Below are positions 47,160 through 57,578 of a DNA stretch of 64,000 bases, piece after piece (the stretch's first letter is position 1; every line of letters begins with the position of its first letter). This DNA comes from Candidatus Latescibacterota bacterium (lineage in GTDB: Bacteria; Latescibacterota; UBA2968; UBA8231), in the NCBI GenBank assembly GCA_965242865.1, contig CBDETK010000008.1, positions 90,109 to 154,108 on the forward strand, in the 5' to 3' direction. A program made the translations under genes and the position numbers. The notes beneath the pieces were generated by a model, which saw nothing but the letters and a program-made list of their open reading frames with translations, was not told the origin of the DNA and did no database searches.

Positions 47160-50100
47160 ATGAAGGTCACTCCGTTCCATTGCGGCCCGTTCGCAAACGT
47201 CAGCGAGCGCCAAGCGGTCGAGTACCTCAAACACCGCTTGATCTCTACCCCGGGCGATGGCGAGTGGATCCTGCTCAGCAATCTCTCCTTTGCGGCCAGT
47301 CACCGGAAGCAGGCCGCCGAAATCGATATCGTCGCCATCGGTCCACCCGGCGTCCGGGTGATCGAAGTCAAGCACTGGTCGACCCGCTGGATCAACCGGA
47401 ACCAAGACTCGGTCGAACACGAAGCCGACAAGGTCACGGACAAGGCCCGCAAGATCGGCACGACCCTACGCGAGAGGGTCCGCTCCGGCCTTGGCCGCGT
47501 GGACGGAGTTTTTCTCGTTACCCAAGCACGGTCCAAGGTCAAGGGACTCGCCAATCGGAGCGTCAAGGGCGTACCGATGCACACCCTCGATCAGTGGCGC
47601 GAGGCCTTGGACCCGGATGGCCGGGAAGTCCTTTCCGGAGCCGAAGTGCGGAAGCTCGCAGAGGCGCTGGATCCCAAGGCCAGCGTCGCGTTGGATGGAT
47701 CGTTGCGGAGGCTCGCCGACTATGTCGACCTGTCTTTGCAGTCGCCTGTCGCGGAGCGATTCCACCGAACGTATAGAGCCACGCACGCGAGTCGCCGGGA
47801 ACGTGTCGTCCTCCACCTCTACGACCTCTCGGCGGTAGACGAGGGTGCCGAGACGAAGGCCCGTCGCGAATTTGAAGCCCTGCGGCGCGTGCAGCGCCAC
47901 AAGTGGGCTCCCCGCATCCGAGACTCCTACCAAGATGCTCCGGGCTACGCCGGCGAGATGGCGTTCTTCGCCATTGATGACCCCGCGGCTCCGTCTCTAT
48001 CCCAACGCAAGGCGGACGTATCGTGGGGCATCGAGGAGCGGCTGGACTTCGCGCTTCAGGCCCTCCGGGCACTAGTCGAGCTGCACACCGACACCTCCGG
48101 CGGCGAGCCGCTCGTCCATCGCAGCATCAGCCCGGAGACGGTCTTGGTTCGGCACGACAACCGTCCGATCCTCACAGGATTCGACCGGGCCAAGATTCCC
48201 GAGCACTCGACAGTGGCTGCCGGCGGGGCTACCCAGATCGCCGACACGAGATTCGTCGCGCCGGAAGTTCTCGAGCAGGGCTTGACTGCAGCGGACCATC
48301 GGTCAGACATCTACCAGCTATGCGCCACGCTCGCAGAACTCTTCGCTGATCGAACCGAAGAGACTAGCCGGCGCGCATTGGAGGTGCTCGGCGGCGGAAT
48401 CGCGGCTGTGCCTCGAGACCGCGCGGATCTGCGCTCGCTGGTGCGCGGACTAAAGGAGTTGCGCGGCGAACAGGTGTCGCGTCCCGCCCCGCCGCCCGCC
48501 GAATTCTGGACCGCCGATCAGATCGTCAGCTTTGGCAGTAACGACTACAAGATTGTGGAAAAGCTCGGTCAGGGCGGCATCGGTATCGCCTACAAGGTCG
48601 CCAAAGTCGATCCGCAGTCCGAAGAGCCTCTCGGTCATTACGTCGCCAAGGTCGTTCTCGAGGCTCACACCGGTCCCGTAGTGCTCGAATCCTACCGTAG
48701 AGTCCACGCTCACCTGCGTCACTCCGCGCTTTCGACGATTTTCGAGGTCGCGCCCGAATGGCAAGAGAACAGCATCCTGGCATTGCTGACTTGGATCGAG
48801 GGCGAGCCGCTCAAAGACCACCTTGGGTCACTCGGCTTGGTCGCCGAGGAGCGCACCGAAGGCGCACCCGAATCCGCTGTATTGAATTGGCTGCGCGAAC
48901 TCTGCAGGGCCTTGGATGTGCTGCACCGCAACGGCTTGGTCCACGGGGATGTGAGTCCGGGCAATTTGATTCTCACGGACAGCGAGATCGTCCTGACCGA
49001 CTACGACTTGGTCACTCGCATCGGGCGTATCGCCTCGTCTCCTGGCACGCATTTGTACTGCTCGCCTTCGCGAGCCGAGCGTCGCCCCGCAGGCCCCTCC
49101 GATGACTTCTACGCGCTCGCGGCCTCGTTCTTTCACGCGCTCTTCGGGAGCAAGCCCTTCCAGTACGGAGGCAACCGGTCGAAAGATCGAGGATTGAACT
49201 GGGATGGTATCGACACCGCCACGTTCCCGGTCGTCCGGAACTTCTTGGATCGGGCTACGGACCCAACGGCCGGGGGACGCTACACCTCGGCGGACAAGGC
49301 ACTGGCAGACTTGGGTGTCCGCGCTGGCGGAGATCCGCGTCCCACGAAGAAGCATACCCCGGCACATCCTCCGCCGCGCCGCCCCAAGGCTCCGGTGCAA
49401 GCTCCGCGGCCGACTGCGGCAGGGGGTATCGATTACGTGTCGCATCGCCAGCGGCTAGTCGATTGGTTGCGCCGCCAAATGGTCGGGCCAGCCAGTCGCG
49501 ATAGCGACGAGTTGGTGGGGATCGCCCCGTGGGAACGGTACCCGACCGGCATGCTGTACCCCGTCGAACAGGGCGTTTCGGGATTGGATCCCGCTGAGAC
49601 TAGCGTCGGCGTCAGCGTCGAAGCTGGTCAACGAAAAGAGGATCCGGAAGTCGAGATCGTAGCAACGGATGGCACCGAGGGCCGGTCCATCGCCCAGACA
49701 GCGCGGCGGAGGCGCTACGTGCCGCCTTCGTCGGTAGGCTTTTCCTGCTTCGTCCGCGGCTCCGCGCGCCTCGTCATCAGCGTTAGCGCGGCCACCTACA
49801 GTCGCATCCGGGAACGCGACACGCGCGGCCAGTTTCAGAGGCTGCGCTACGAACGCACTCCCGTCGAGCCGGTGACGGTCGTATGGGAGAACGGCCGCTT
49901 CCTCGACCTTGTGCGAGACGAGCGCTTCGGTGTCGACGTGCGTCCCCGCGAGTTCTCGGACGGCTCGGTTCTCACGGTCACCTTTTTCAACCGTCAGGAG
50001 ATGAATCCTGAAGATTTCGGTTCGCGTCAAAGCCAGGCGTTATCCGAGAAGTCTCTTTTCGAGGCCCGGCTCGAGTGCGAGATCGCGGCTGGAACGCTGT

Positions 50101-52649
50101 CCGAATATCCCCGGGTGGACCCGAGTTTGCTTACCGAAGAGGAGCAGGAACTCGAGCTGCAATATCGCGACCGCAAGATCTACGCGGTGGGCCACGGGAG
50201 TGGAGTGGATTGGCAGACCGCTGACGGTCCCGCCCGGATCTGGACGGAATACCTGCCCTCCACCGAGGTGCCCTTGGTCACCACGACCCTTGAGGATGCC
50301 GAGGATCGCGCGCTGGGATTCCACCTGCTGTCGACGGCCGGGCGCGAGACTGTCGTACCGCTCCTCGAGACTTTCATCGAGGGGTACGCCGATTGGATAG
50401 CGAACCAACCCTTGGACGGCTTGGATGAAGCCGAGCAAGCCGCAGCGGCCCGCTTGCTGGAGCGCATGGACGACGCCGTGCGACGCATGCGCGGCGGCGT
50501 CGCGCTGCTCGAATCGGACGCCAACGTGTACGCGGCATTCCAGTTGGCGAACCGATCCATGCTGGACCAAATGCGCCAGTCCAGCCGAATCCGCAACCAA
50601 GATGACGAGCCGACCGCATTCAAGTGGCGACCTTTCCAGCTCGCGTTCCTGCTCACCGTGCTCGAGTCAACCGTGCGGGAGGACGATCCCTTCCGCGATG
50701 TGCTGGATCTGATTTGGTTCCCCACCGGCGGCGGCAAGACGGAAGCCTACTTGGGCCTGACGGCGTTCGTGGTCGTGTGGCGACGGCTCGTGCATGGCGA
50801 CTCCGGCGCAGGCACCAGCGTCCTGATGCGCTATACGTTGCGGTTACTCACCCGGCAGCAATTCGAACGCTCCATGCGCGTCATCTTCGCCTTGGAGTTG
50901 TTGCGGCGCAACGACCCCGAGACGCTGGGTCGCTCGCCGATCAGCGCGGGCATCTGGATCGGGAGGGCGACCAGCCCCAACACGTTCAGGCAGGCCAAGC
51001 AGGCCTCGGACGAGATCCAGCAGGGCGCTGCGGTTCCGAACGGGCTCGTTGTCGACGCTTGCCCGTGGTGCGGCGCCGACTTCGCCGGACGCAACTATCG
51101 CGCCACCGAGAGCGAGTTCCGGTTGCATTGCGTAAACGGGGCCTGCGACTTCGGCCGCACGACCGACCTGCCGCTACCTTGCAACGTGGTGGACGATGCG
51201 CTCTACGCGGATCCGCCGTCGCTGCTCATCGGCACCATTGACAAATTCGCGCGACTCCCGTGGACGGAGCGGGCCGGAGCGTTCTTCGGTGACGGATCCC
51301 GGCGTCCGCCGGAGCTCGTGATCCAAGACGAGCTGCACCTCATCACCGGCCCGCTGGGTTCGGTAGCGGGTCTCTACGAAGCAGGCCTCGAGACCCTGCT
51401 GCAGCTCCGTGGCGTGCGTCCCAAGTACGTGGCTTCGACCGCGACGATTCGCATGGCGAAGGATCAGGTGCGACGGCTCTACGGCCGGGATCTCGCGGTG
51501 TTCCCCCCGGCGGGCGTGTCGTGCGACGACTGCTACTTCGCACGCACGCAGCACGACCGGCCGGGAAGGCTGTACGTGGGCTACTTGGCAAGAATGCTGG
51601 ACCAGCGCCATTGCCTCGCGCCATTGGCGGCGGCTCTGCTGGCGGCGCCGCTCGAATTGTTTCGCGACCAAGCCGACAAGGAAGCCTTGCTAGAAGCATG
51701 GTGGACTCAGGTCGTCTACCACTCCAGCCTGCGCGCGGTGACTGACAGCAGCAACGCCTACGCTGTCGGCGTACGGGAATGGATCCGCAGGCTGGCCGGC
51801 GAGAGCAACGCCAGCGCGCAGCAAGCGACGAGCGAGCCCGGTGCCTCCGCCAAGAGCGATTCCTCCGGGAATGCGGCGCGGGAACGGGTCGACAACCTCA
51901 GCCCCGCCCAGTTGACCAGCCTCGCGACCGCGAAGGATATCGCCCGCACGTTTTCCCGGCTAGAGAGGAGCCGCGAGGCTCCCGATCACTTGGATGTCGT
52001 GCTCTCAACGAACATGGTCTCGGTCGGCTTGGACGTGTCGCGCCTCGCCTTGATGGTCGTCTGCGGCCAGCCGCTGACGACCGCCGAATACATCCAAGCG
52101 AGCAGTCGGGTCGGCCGGGCGGAGGTGCCGGGACTGGTCTTCGCGAACCATTTCCGCCACCAAGCGCGCAGCCTCGCGCACTACGAGAATTTCCGCTCGT
52201 ACCATGAATCGTTCTATCGCTTCGTGGAGCCCAGCAGCGTGACTCCGTACACTCACCAAGTCCGCCAGCGCGCGCTGCACGCGGCGCTCGTGGCGGCCTT
52301 GCGGCATGGCTGCGACCACCTGCGGGAGAACGACCGCGCCGGACACCTCGACTTGACTGACCCCCGAGTCCGTCAAGCGGTCGAGACGCTCAAGCTTCGC
52401 TGTCGCGCCGCGGGTCCCGCGGAAAAGGCTGACGAGGTGGATCGCCACATCGACCGTTTGCTCGAGCAGTGGTGCCAGGAAATCGAGCGCCTCCGGTGCC
52501 ACCGGCGAATGCTTTGCTTCGAAGCCCGCGACGGTAGCGCCGACGGCCTGCTCAAGGGCCACGACGACGCTGGGTCTGGACTCTGGGAGACGCTGTTCTC
52601 GATGCGCAACGTCGAAGACACGGCCGCCTTGGTGGCGAGATGGCAATGA
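47160..52649 (+). CDS. drmA: NERD nuclease-pseudokinase-Ser/Thr kinase-DrmA-like SF2 helicase fusion (1829 aa)
   Basis: NERD EIDIVAIG..VIEVKHW; kinase-like HRSISPETVL; kinase LGQGGIG..HGDVSPGN..LTDYD; Pro-rich linker; helicase WRPFQLAF, FPTGGGKTEAY, QDELH, STATI, TNMVSVGLDV, YIQASSRVGR. Confidence 0.88.
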   Translation: MKVTPFHCGPFANVSERQAVEYLKHRLISTPGDGEWILLSNLSFAASHRKQAAEIDIVAIGPPGVRVIEVKHWSTRWINRNQDSVEHEADKVTDKARKIGTTLRERVRSGLGRVDGVFLVTQARSKVKGLANRSVKGVPMHTLDQWREALDPDGREVLSGAEVRKLAEALDPKASVALDGSLRRLADYVDLSLQSPVAERFHRTYRATHASRRERVVLHLYDLSAVDEGAETKARREFEALRRVQRHKWAPRIRDSYQDAPGYAGEMAFFAIDDPAAPSLSQRKADVSWGIEERLDFALQALRALVELHTDTSGGEPLVHRSISPETVLVRHDNRPILTGFDRAKIPEHSTVAAGGATQIADTRFVAPEVLEQGLTAADHRSDIYQLCATLAELFADRTEETSRRALEVLGGGIAAVPRDRADLRSLVRGLKELRGEQVSRPAPPPAEFWTADQIVSFGSNDYKIVEKLGQGGIGIAYKVAKVDPQSEEPLGHYVAKVVLEAHTGPVVLESYRRVHAHLRHSALSTIFEVAPEWQENSILALLTWIEGEPLKDHLGSLGLVAEERTEGAPESAVLNWLRELCRALDVLHRNGLVHGDVSPGNLILTDSEIVLTDYDLVTRIGRIASSPGTHLYCSPSRAERRPAGPSDDFYALAASFFHALFGSKPFQYGGNRSKDRGLNWDGIDTATFPVVRNFLDRATDPTAGGRYTSADKALADLGVRAGGDPRPTKKHTPAHPPPRRPKAPVQAPRPTAAGGIDYVSHRQRLVDWLRRQMVGPASRDSDELVGIAPWERYPTGMLYPVEQGVSGLDPAETSVGVSVEAGQRKEDPEVEIVATDGTEGRSIAQTARRRRYVPPSSVGFSCFVRGSARLVISVSAATYSRIRERDTRGQFQRLRYERTPVEPVTVVWENGRFLDLVRDERFGVDVRPREFSDGSVLTVTFFNRQEMNPEDFGSRQSQALSEKSLFEARLECEIAAGTLSEYPRVDPSLLTEEEQELELQYRDRKIYAVGHGSGVDWQTADGPARIWTEYLPSTEVPLVTTTLEDAEDRALGFHLLSTAGRETVVPLLETFIEGYADWIANQPLDGLDEAEQAAAARLLERMDDAVRRMRGGVALLESDANVYAAFQLANRSMLDQMRQSSRIRNQDDEPTAFKWRPFQLAFLLTVLESTVREDDPFRDVLDLIWFPTGGGKTEAYLGLTAFVVVWRRLVHGDSGAGTSVLMRYTLRLLTRQQFERSMRVIFALELLRRNDPETLGRSPISAGIWIGRATSPNTFRQAKQASDEIQQGAAVPNGLVVDACPWCGADFAGRNYRATESEFRLHCVNGACDFGRTTDLPLPCNVVDDALYADPPSLLIGTIDKFARLPWTERAGAFFGDGSRRPPELVIQDELHLITGPLGSVAGLYEAGLETLLQLRGVRPKYVASTATIRMAKDQVRRLYGRDLAVFPPAGVSCDDCYFARTQHDRPGRLYVGYLARMLDQRHCLAPLAAALLAAPLELFRDQADKEALLEAWWTQVVYHSSLRAVTDSSNAYAVGVREWIRRLAGESNASAQQATSEPGASAKSDSSGNAARERVDNLSPAQLTSLATAKDIARTFSRLERSREAPDHLDVVLSTNMVSVGLDVSRLALMVVCGQPLTTAEYIQASSRVGRAEVPGLVFANHFRHQARSLAHYENFRSYHESFYRFVEPSSVTPYTHQVRQRALHAALVAALRHGCDHLRENDRAGHLDLTDPRVRQAVETLKLRCRAAGPAEKADEVDRHIDRLLEQWCQEIERLRCHRRMLCFEARDGSADGLLKGHDDAGSGLWETLFSMRNVEDTAALVARWQ

Positions 52650-54457
52650 ACGAAGAAGCTCTGGAAGTGCGCCTGTCGCACGTTCTGCGGGATTGCTCGG
52701 TCGGAGCGATCGTGCAGGGCGAGAGACTCATGGTGGCGGTGCAGGACATCAGCCGCTGGTACGCGGGCGGACCGCCTCCCGAGCGAGAGATTCGATACGT
52801 GGCGCAGGTACGCGCCGCGTTGGGCATCGAGCAGCGGCTCTGCGAGCCGCCCACGGGCAGCGTCAACGAGCAAGGCACCGTGGAAGGGACATCGATCCCG
52901 GCGACCCGATTCCCCCAATGGATGCGATGTCCGGACGGGAACTGCGGCCTGTTGCACAACAAGCCTTGGAGAGACCGGAAAGCAGGCACTCGACTGACCT
53001 GCGAGAGCAACGGTTGCACGAAAGAATTGGAGCAGGTTCCTTGGGTGGTGGCCCACGAAGCCGGATATCTGACAGACGTTCCTTGGCACGATATCGCCCA
53101 TAAACGCGGTGGTGACGGTTCCGATTCCGGATCCTGCAAGCCCGACTGGTCTGAGCCCTATCTCCGCTTGGAGGAGGGAGGCGGGAAACTCGGCGTTCGC
53201 TGCACGCGCTGCAATGCCTCGGATAAATTGCCCCGGGTGCTGAATTTCCCTAGATGGGCGGACATGCAGCCTTGGGTGAACGCGCCGCCACCACCCCTCC
53301 CCGAGCCGCAGGCTTGGCTGCTGGAGGTCAATGACGTCCGCGTGCATGCCTCTTGGACGAACTCGGCCTTGGTGATCCCGCCCGAATCGCGCATCCGCAA
53401 GGGCACCGTGGTAGACCGCCTTTACGGGAACACGCACTTCTTGGAGAAGCTCGCCACGCGGGGCCTGCGACGCAGGTCCGCACTCTTGGAGGTCGCCCGC
53501 AAGCTGGGCTGCGCTAAATCGGAGGTTGAGGATGCTGAGCGACAGATTGCAGCGGGCTACCCGGCAATCGAAGCGATCGACACCAGCGCGGGCTTGGACC
53601 GCATGGAATTCGAAGCGCTTGTCAAGGCGATCGAGGACTTCAACGAAGACGAGGACTTCGTCACACAGCACCGCACTAGCGACTGGAAGCAACTGGGCCG
53701 GTCGTTGAACGGCGAGGCGCGGCTCGTCGTGGACGCGGTCGATCGCCTCATCGAAGTTCGGCGACTCAAGGAAATTACGATCCTGCGAGGGTTTCGGCGG
53801 TTGGGAGGCGAGGTGGCTATCCCCCCGGATCTGACCGGCGAGGCCGACTGGCTGCCCGCGCTCGCGTTACGCGGGGAAGGACTCTTTTTCACCCTCGACG
53901 AGGCGACGCTTGGTGCGTGGGAAGAGCAGCCCGCCCTCTGGAGTCGGGTTGACGGGCTGCGCCAGCGCTACGAAAGCTATCGCCACAGCTCTGTCCAAGA
54001 GGTAGCCATTTCGCCGCGGTTTCTCCTGCTGCATACGCTCGCGCACTGTCTGATCCGCCAACTGGAAGCCGAAGGCGGGTACCCGGCCGCGTCGCTACGG
54101 GAACGAATCTATTGCAGCGGCGGTCCGAGCCCCATGGCCGGCATCCTCGTCTACGTGGCCGTACCTGACGTGATCGGCTCGCTCGGCGGCCTCGTGGAAC
54201 TGGCCGAGCCCAGGCGCTTTCTGCGCCACTTGGTCAGGGCGTTTGAGGTCGCCAAGTGGTGCTCGTTGGATCCAGTCTGCGCAGGCCATCCCGGCCAAGG
54301 CCCGGGGATGCTCAATCGTGCCGCATGCCAAGCCTGCGCCTTGGTCCCCGAACCGAGTTGCCAGTACGGGAACATCCTGCTCGACCGGACCTTCATCAAG
54401 GGCGATTCGGCGCGAAGCGTCTCGGGTCTATTGGATAATGTGCAGTCGCGCCGGTAA
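52646..54457 (+). CDS. drmB: DrmB-like DUF1998 protein
   Basis: ATGA overlap with drmA; RFP.W..C; L.DVPW; GFRRL; GEGLF; LLHTLAH.LI; SLRERIY; GSLGGL; CSLDPVC..AACxAC..PE.SC...LDR. Confidence 0.9.
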   Translation: MNEEALEVRLSHVLRDCSVGAIVQGERLMVAVQDISRWYAGGPPPEREIRYVAQVRAALGIEQRLCEPPTGSVNEQGTVEGTSIPATRFPQWMRCPDGNCGLLHNKPWRDRKAGTRLTCESNGCTKELEQVPWVVAHEAGYLTDVPWHDIAHKRGGDGSDSGSCKPDWSEPYLRLEEGGGKLGVRCTRCNASDKLPRVLNFPRWADMQPWVNAPPPPLPEPQAWLLEVNDVRVHASWTNSALVIPPESRIRKGTVVDRLYGNTHFLEKLATRGLRRRSALLEVARKLGCAKSEVEDAERQIAAGYPAIEAIDTSAGLDRMEFEALVKAIEDFNEDEDFVTQHRTSDWKQLGRSLNGEARLVVDAVDRLIEVRRLKEITILRGFRRLGGEVAIPPDLTGEADWLPALALRGEGLFFTLDEATLGAWEEQPALWSRVDGLRQRYESYRHSSVQEVAISPRFLLLHTLAHCLIRQLEAEGGYPAASLRERIYCSGGPSPMAGILVYVAVPDVIGSLGGLVELAEPRRFLRHLVRAFEVAKWCSLDPVCAGHPGQGPGMLNRAACQACALVPEPSCQYGNILLDRTFIKGDSARSVSGLLDNVQSRR

Positions 54458-55632
54458 TGGCAGAACGTACTTTCAAGCTGCCTGGGATCCAAGACCTCTC
54501 CAAGGAGCAGGAGCAAGCCCGGGCCCTGCCGCTGACCGGCCAGCATCTGATCATCGGCGGACCGGGGACCGGCAAATCGGTGTTGACCCTGCTGCGCGCC
54601 AGGCGACTGGCAGCCGAGAAGAAGGGCTACCAATTCTTGGTGTTCAATCGCCTCTTGAATAAATCGAACGTTCAGTTGTTCGGGAGGCGCTTGGACAGCA
54701 AGACATGGCGCAGATGGTTCAGCAGGACGTTCCGGTCCCTCACGGGTCATCCGGTCCCCGTCTTCGCGGCGCAGCATGTGAACGACCTTCCGCCCTACGA
54801 CTGGAAGCGCATCCGAGAGATAGCGGATGCCTGCGATCCCGCGGAGGTCTCCAATCCACTGCTGCTCGTCATCGACGAGGGGCAGGACATGCCGCCCGAA
54901 TTCTACGAGACCCTCGTGATACTGGGTTTCGAGCACTTCTTCGTCGCGGCAGATCAGAACCAGCAGATCACCGCTAGCTGCAGCAGCCGTCAGGAGATCG
55001 AGGGCGCGCTCGGTCTCGAAACCGATGAAGTCGTCGAACTGAGGCAGAACTACCGCAACACCCTTCCGGTCTGGAAGCTAGCGATGGAGTTCTACACGGG
55101 AGATCCCGCGAGCCCCCGGTCGGATACCCCGAATCGGCGCACCGACAGCGTGGCCGGATTGATCACCTACGCTCCGAAGCGATTCGCCGACGTGGCCCAA
55201 AGGATCGTCCAACGTGTCCTCAATCAACCGAATCGCCTCATCGGCGTGATTGCGCCAAACAACAATGTGCGCGAGCGCTACTTGAAGGCACTTCAAGCGG
55301 CTAAGGATGCTGTCGGCCAAGAGGGGGAAGATTTCCAGTTGGAGACGTTTCACACCGATCACCGCCCCGATGTCCGTTTCGACCGCGGCGGCATCCTGGT
55401 CATCAACGTGCAAGCGTGCAAGGGACTGGAGTTCGACGAGGTGTTCTGCGCCGACATCGAGGAGCACCTCGTCAATCCAGAAGACCTCACTCCGACGAAG
55501 AAGCGGTTCTACGTCATGGTGGCGCGAGCGCGGGAAGTCGTGTTCTTGCTCATGCGACAGGGCGGTAGCCAGGCAATCAGACAGATCCTGCCTGAGGACG
55601 AGTCGGTGCTGAAGAGATGGGATTTGAACTAG
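54457..55632 (+). CDS. Minimal UvrD-like superfamily 1 helicase/ATPase
   Basis: TAATG overlap; GGPGTGKS; IDEGQD; ADQNQQI; NYRNT; KGLEFD; YVMVARAR. Confidence 0.88.
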   Translation: MAERTFKLPGIQDLSKEQEQARALPLTGQHLIIGGPGTGKSVLTLLRARRLAAEKKGYQFLVFNRLLNKSNVQLFGRRLDSKTWRRWFSRTFRSLTGHPVPVFAAQHVNDLPPYDWKRIREIADACDPAEVSNPLLLVIDEGQDMPPEFYETLVILGFEHFFVAADQNQQITASCSSRQEIEGALGLETDEVVELRQNYRNTLPVWKLAMEFYTGDPASPRSDTPNRRTDSVAGLITYAPKRFADVAQRIVQRVLNQPNRLIGVIAPNNNVRERYLKALQAAKDAVGQEGEDFQLETFHTDHRPDVRFDRGGILVINVQACKGLEFDEVFCADIEEHLVNPEDLTPTKKRFYVMVARAREVVFLLMRQGGSQAIRQILPEDESVLKRWDLN

Positions 55633-55642
55633 GGGTTACTCG

Positions 55643-57271
55643 ATGGCAACAAAAAGGAAGATGTCAGCCCAAGCTTCGACCCAGCAGCTAGCTCTGACGG
55701 CCGGGACGGACGCCTCCTCCCGAGCCGATGCGCCGACGGCGGGCCTGCTCGCGACGAACCATCTGAACCTGCTGTTCATGCTGTCCATCGGCATGGTGCC
55801 GGCCCCCAGTGGCTTCGGCCAAAAGTACTACCAAGACGCCTTGGGAACGTATCCGGGGTGGGTGCCGCTGTTCACGCGCAAGGTATTTGGTCCGGCCGTT
55901 GAGCTGGCCAAGGAGGAAGCTGCCCACCTGCGCCCGTGCCTGGCGCGGGTTCGCCTGACCGATCTTGCCGGGCCCGTGATGGCGTTGCGAGACGGGAAAG
56001 CGATTCGGATCAACTTCCCCGACGAGGCGAACGGGCGCGAAGAGGTCATCTTCGTTCCAGTCCCGCTGCCCACCCATTGGATCGAGGAGATTCAATTCCC
56101 CACCAAGGAGGAAAAGGTCGCTTGCGAAGCGGACGCACGGGACTATAGCAACGTACCCTTGCAGGAATTCAAGCTAATCGCACGCAAGCGCGAGTTCACA
56201 AGCGTCAGTCGATCATCTTGGCCGCCGCAGGTCGACATTGCGGAAAGGCACGCCGACTTGGCCGTACCGCTAGCCGCCGGAGGGGTCATGGGCATGCTCT
56301 TCCAAGTCGGCAACAGGGGCGACCTTGCCGTCAGCGCCTGCGCGGCTGCATTCGACCCGGATTCCGCCAGCGAAACGGTCTCTAGCGACCCGCTCCTCTC
56401 CCGTCTTCCCGAGTGGCGGGGGACCGGGCGCGTCTTGGCGGACGAAGGCGCGGACCGAGCGGCGACGGCCGAGGTGCGGACATGGCAACGGCAGCTTTTC
56501 TGGAGCATCGTAGCGCGTCTCGCCCAAGCCCACTCCGGGCAGGAGTCGATAGGCTCGAAGGATGCCGTGCTGGAACAGCTCGCGGAGGGTTCGACAGGCC
56601 TGAACGATAAGGTCAAGCAAAAGGTGCTTGAGTTCAAGGGCGCCTTGGAGGGGTTGGCCAGCTTCGGATCGCTTGGCCCGAGAGAGATGTTCGAGAGGTA
56701 TCCCACTCCGTTCTCGCGATCCTTGGCTCTCATGTTCCTCCGGGAGGAGTGCGACGACTTGCTGGACTTCGAGGACGACACGCTCACTGAAGGGGATTGG
56801 CTGGCGGCTGCAATCTTGTTCGGAGCCCGGTCCGGCTGGCAGGGCCTTCCTGTCACGCTCCGGGATGTACCGGGACTGGCTCCAGCGGTGTCGCATCGCA
56901 TGGCAGCTCTGGCGCACCGGATAGCGGGATCGGGGATCTCGCTGGGACCTGGCGTCGCGAGGTGCCGGCCCCTGCGAGAGATGTTTCAAGCGGAGGCGGA
57001 ATGGTCGGCGAAGTATCGCGAAGCAGCCGCGGAGCTGTCGCGGGAGTGCGACTGGGACTGCGTGCGGACCGAGATCGTGCTGCCTGTGGGTGAGTATGAA
57101 TTGGCCGTGGAGCGGAAGGGTCTCAGGATTGTCTTGCGCGGGCCGGATCCACCCGTCGCTACGAGGGTGGACCGCGAGGGCTTCCTCAAGCACTTGGCGC
57201 GGGCGCGGATGTCGACCGAACAGGAGTCTACGGCGCGTATGCGGCTCGGCAGCGGAACTAGGAATTCGTGA
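55643..57271 (+). CDS. Hypothetical protein, possible DarT-like ADP-ribosyltransferase-fold N-terminus
   Basis: Starts 10 bp after the helicase stop; TNHLNLLFMLSIGMV and EEVIFVPVPLPTHWIEEIQF motifs. Confidence 0.75.
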   Translation: MATKRKMSAQASTQQLALTAGTDASSRADAPTAGLLATNHLNLLFMLSIGMVPAPSGFGQKYYQDALGTYPGWVPLFTRKVFGPAVELAKEEAAHLRPCLARVRLTDLAGPVMALRDGKAIRINFPDEANGREEVIFVPVPLPTHWIEEIQFPTKEEKVACEADARDYSNVPLQEFKLIARKREFTSVSRSSWPPQVDIAERHADLAVPLAAGGVMGMLFQVGNRGDLAVSACAAAFDPDSASETVSSDPLLSRLPEWRGTGRVLADEGADRAATAEVRTWQRQLFWSIVARLAQAHSGQESIGSKDAVLEQLAEGSTGLNDKVKQKVLEFKGALEGLASFGSLGPREMFERYPTPFSRSLALMFLREECDDLLDFEDDTLTEGDWLAAAILFGARSGWQGLPVTLRDVPGLAPAVSHRMAALAHRIAGSGISLGPGVARCRPLREMFQAEAEWSAKYREAAAELSRECDWDCVRTEIVLPVGEYELAVERKGLRIVLRGPDPPVATRVDREGFLKHLARARMSTEQESTARMRLGSGTRNS

Positions 57272-57578
57272 CGATCCCGCATGAGGATGTCGAGAGACGC
57301 AGGCTCTACCGGTGGCAGTGGAAGGAACCGACTTTGCCGTTCGATGCAGCGGGACTGACGGCCCAAGGCTCAGTGTCGGCCGCTACGCGACACATTTGAA
57401 TCAACTTTGAATGCGGCCGGAAGTCGCCCTCCCGTTGGTGTCCGGAAAGCGCGGTCAAGGCACTCGCGGAGGGGGGCAGCGATACAGCGGCTCTAGCGTC
57501 CAGGCTTCACACTCGCTTCGCCGCCCTAGGCTTGTCGAACCGGGACAAATCCGCGCATGTGTTTGGCTGAGTCGCGAT

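Noticed and set aside
47160-54457. Canonical DISARM or BREX type 2 system
   Set aside because: No methyltransferase, PLD nuclease, SNF2 helicase, PglX, PglY or PglZ in the neighbourhood.
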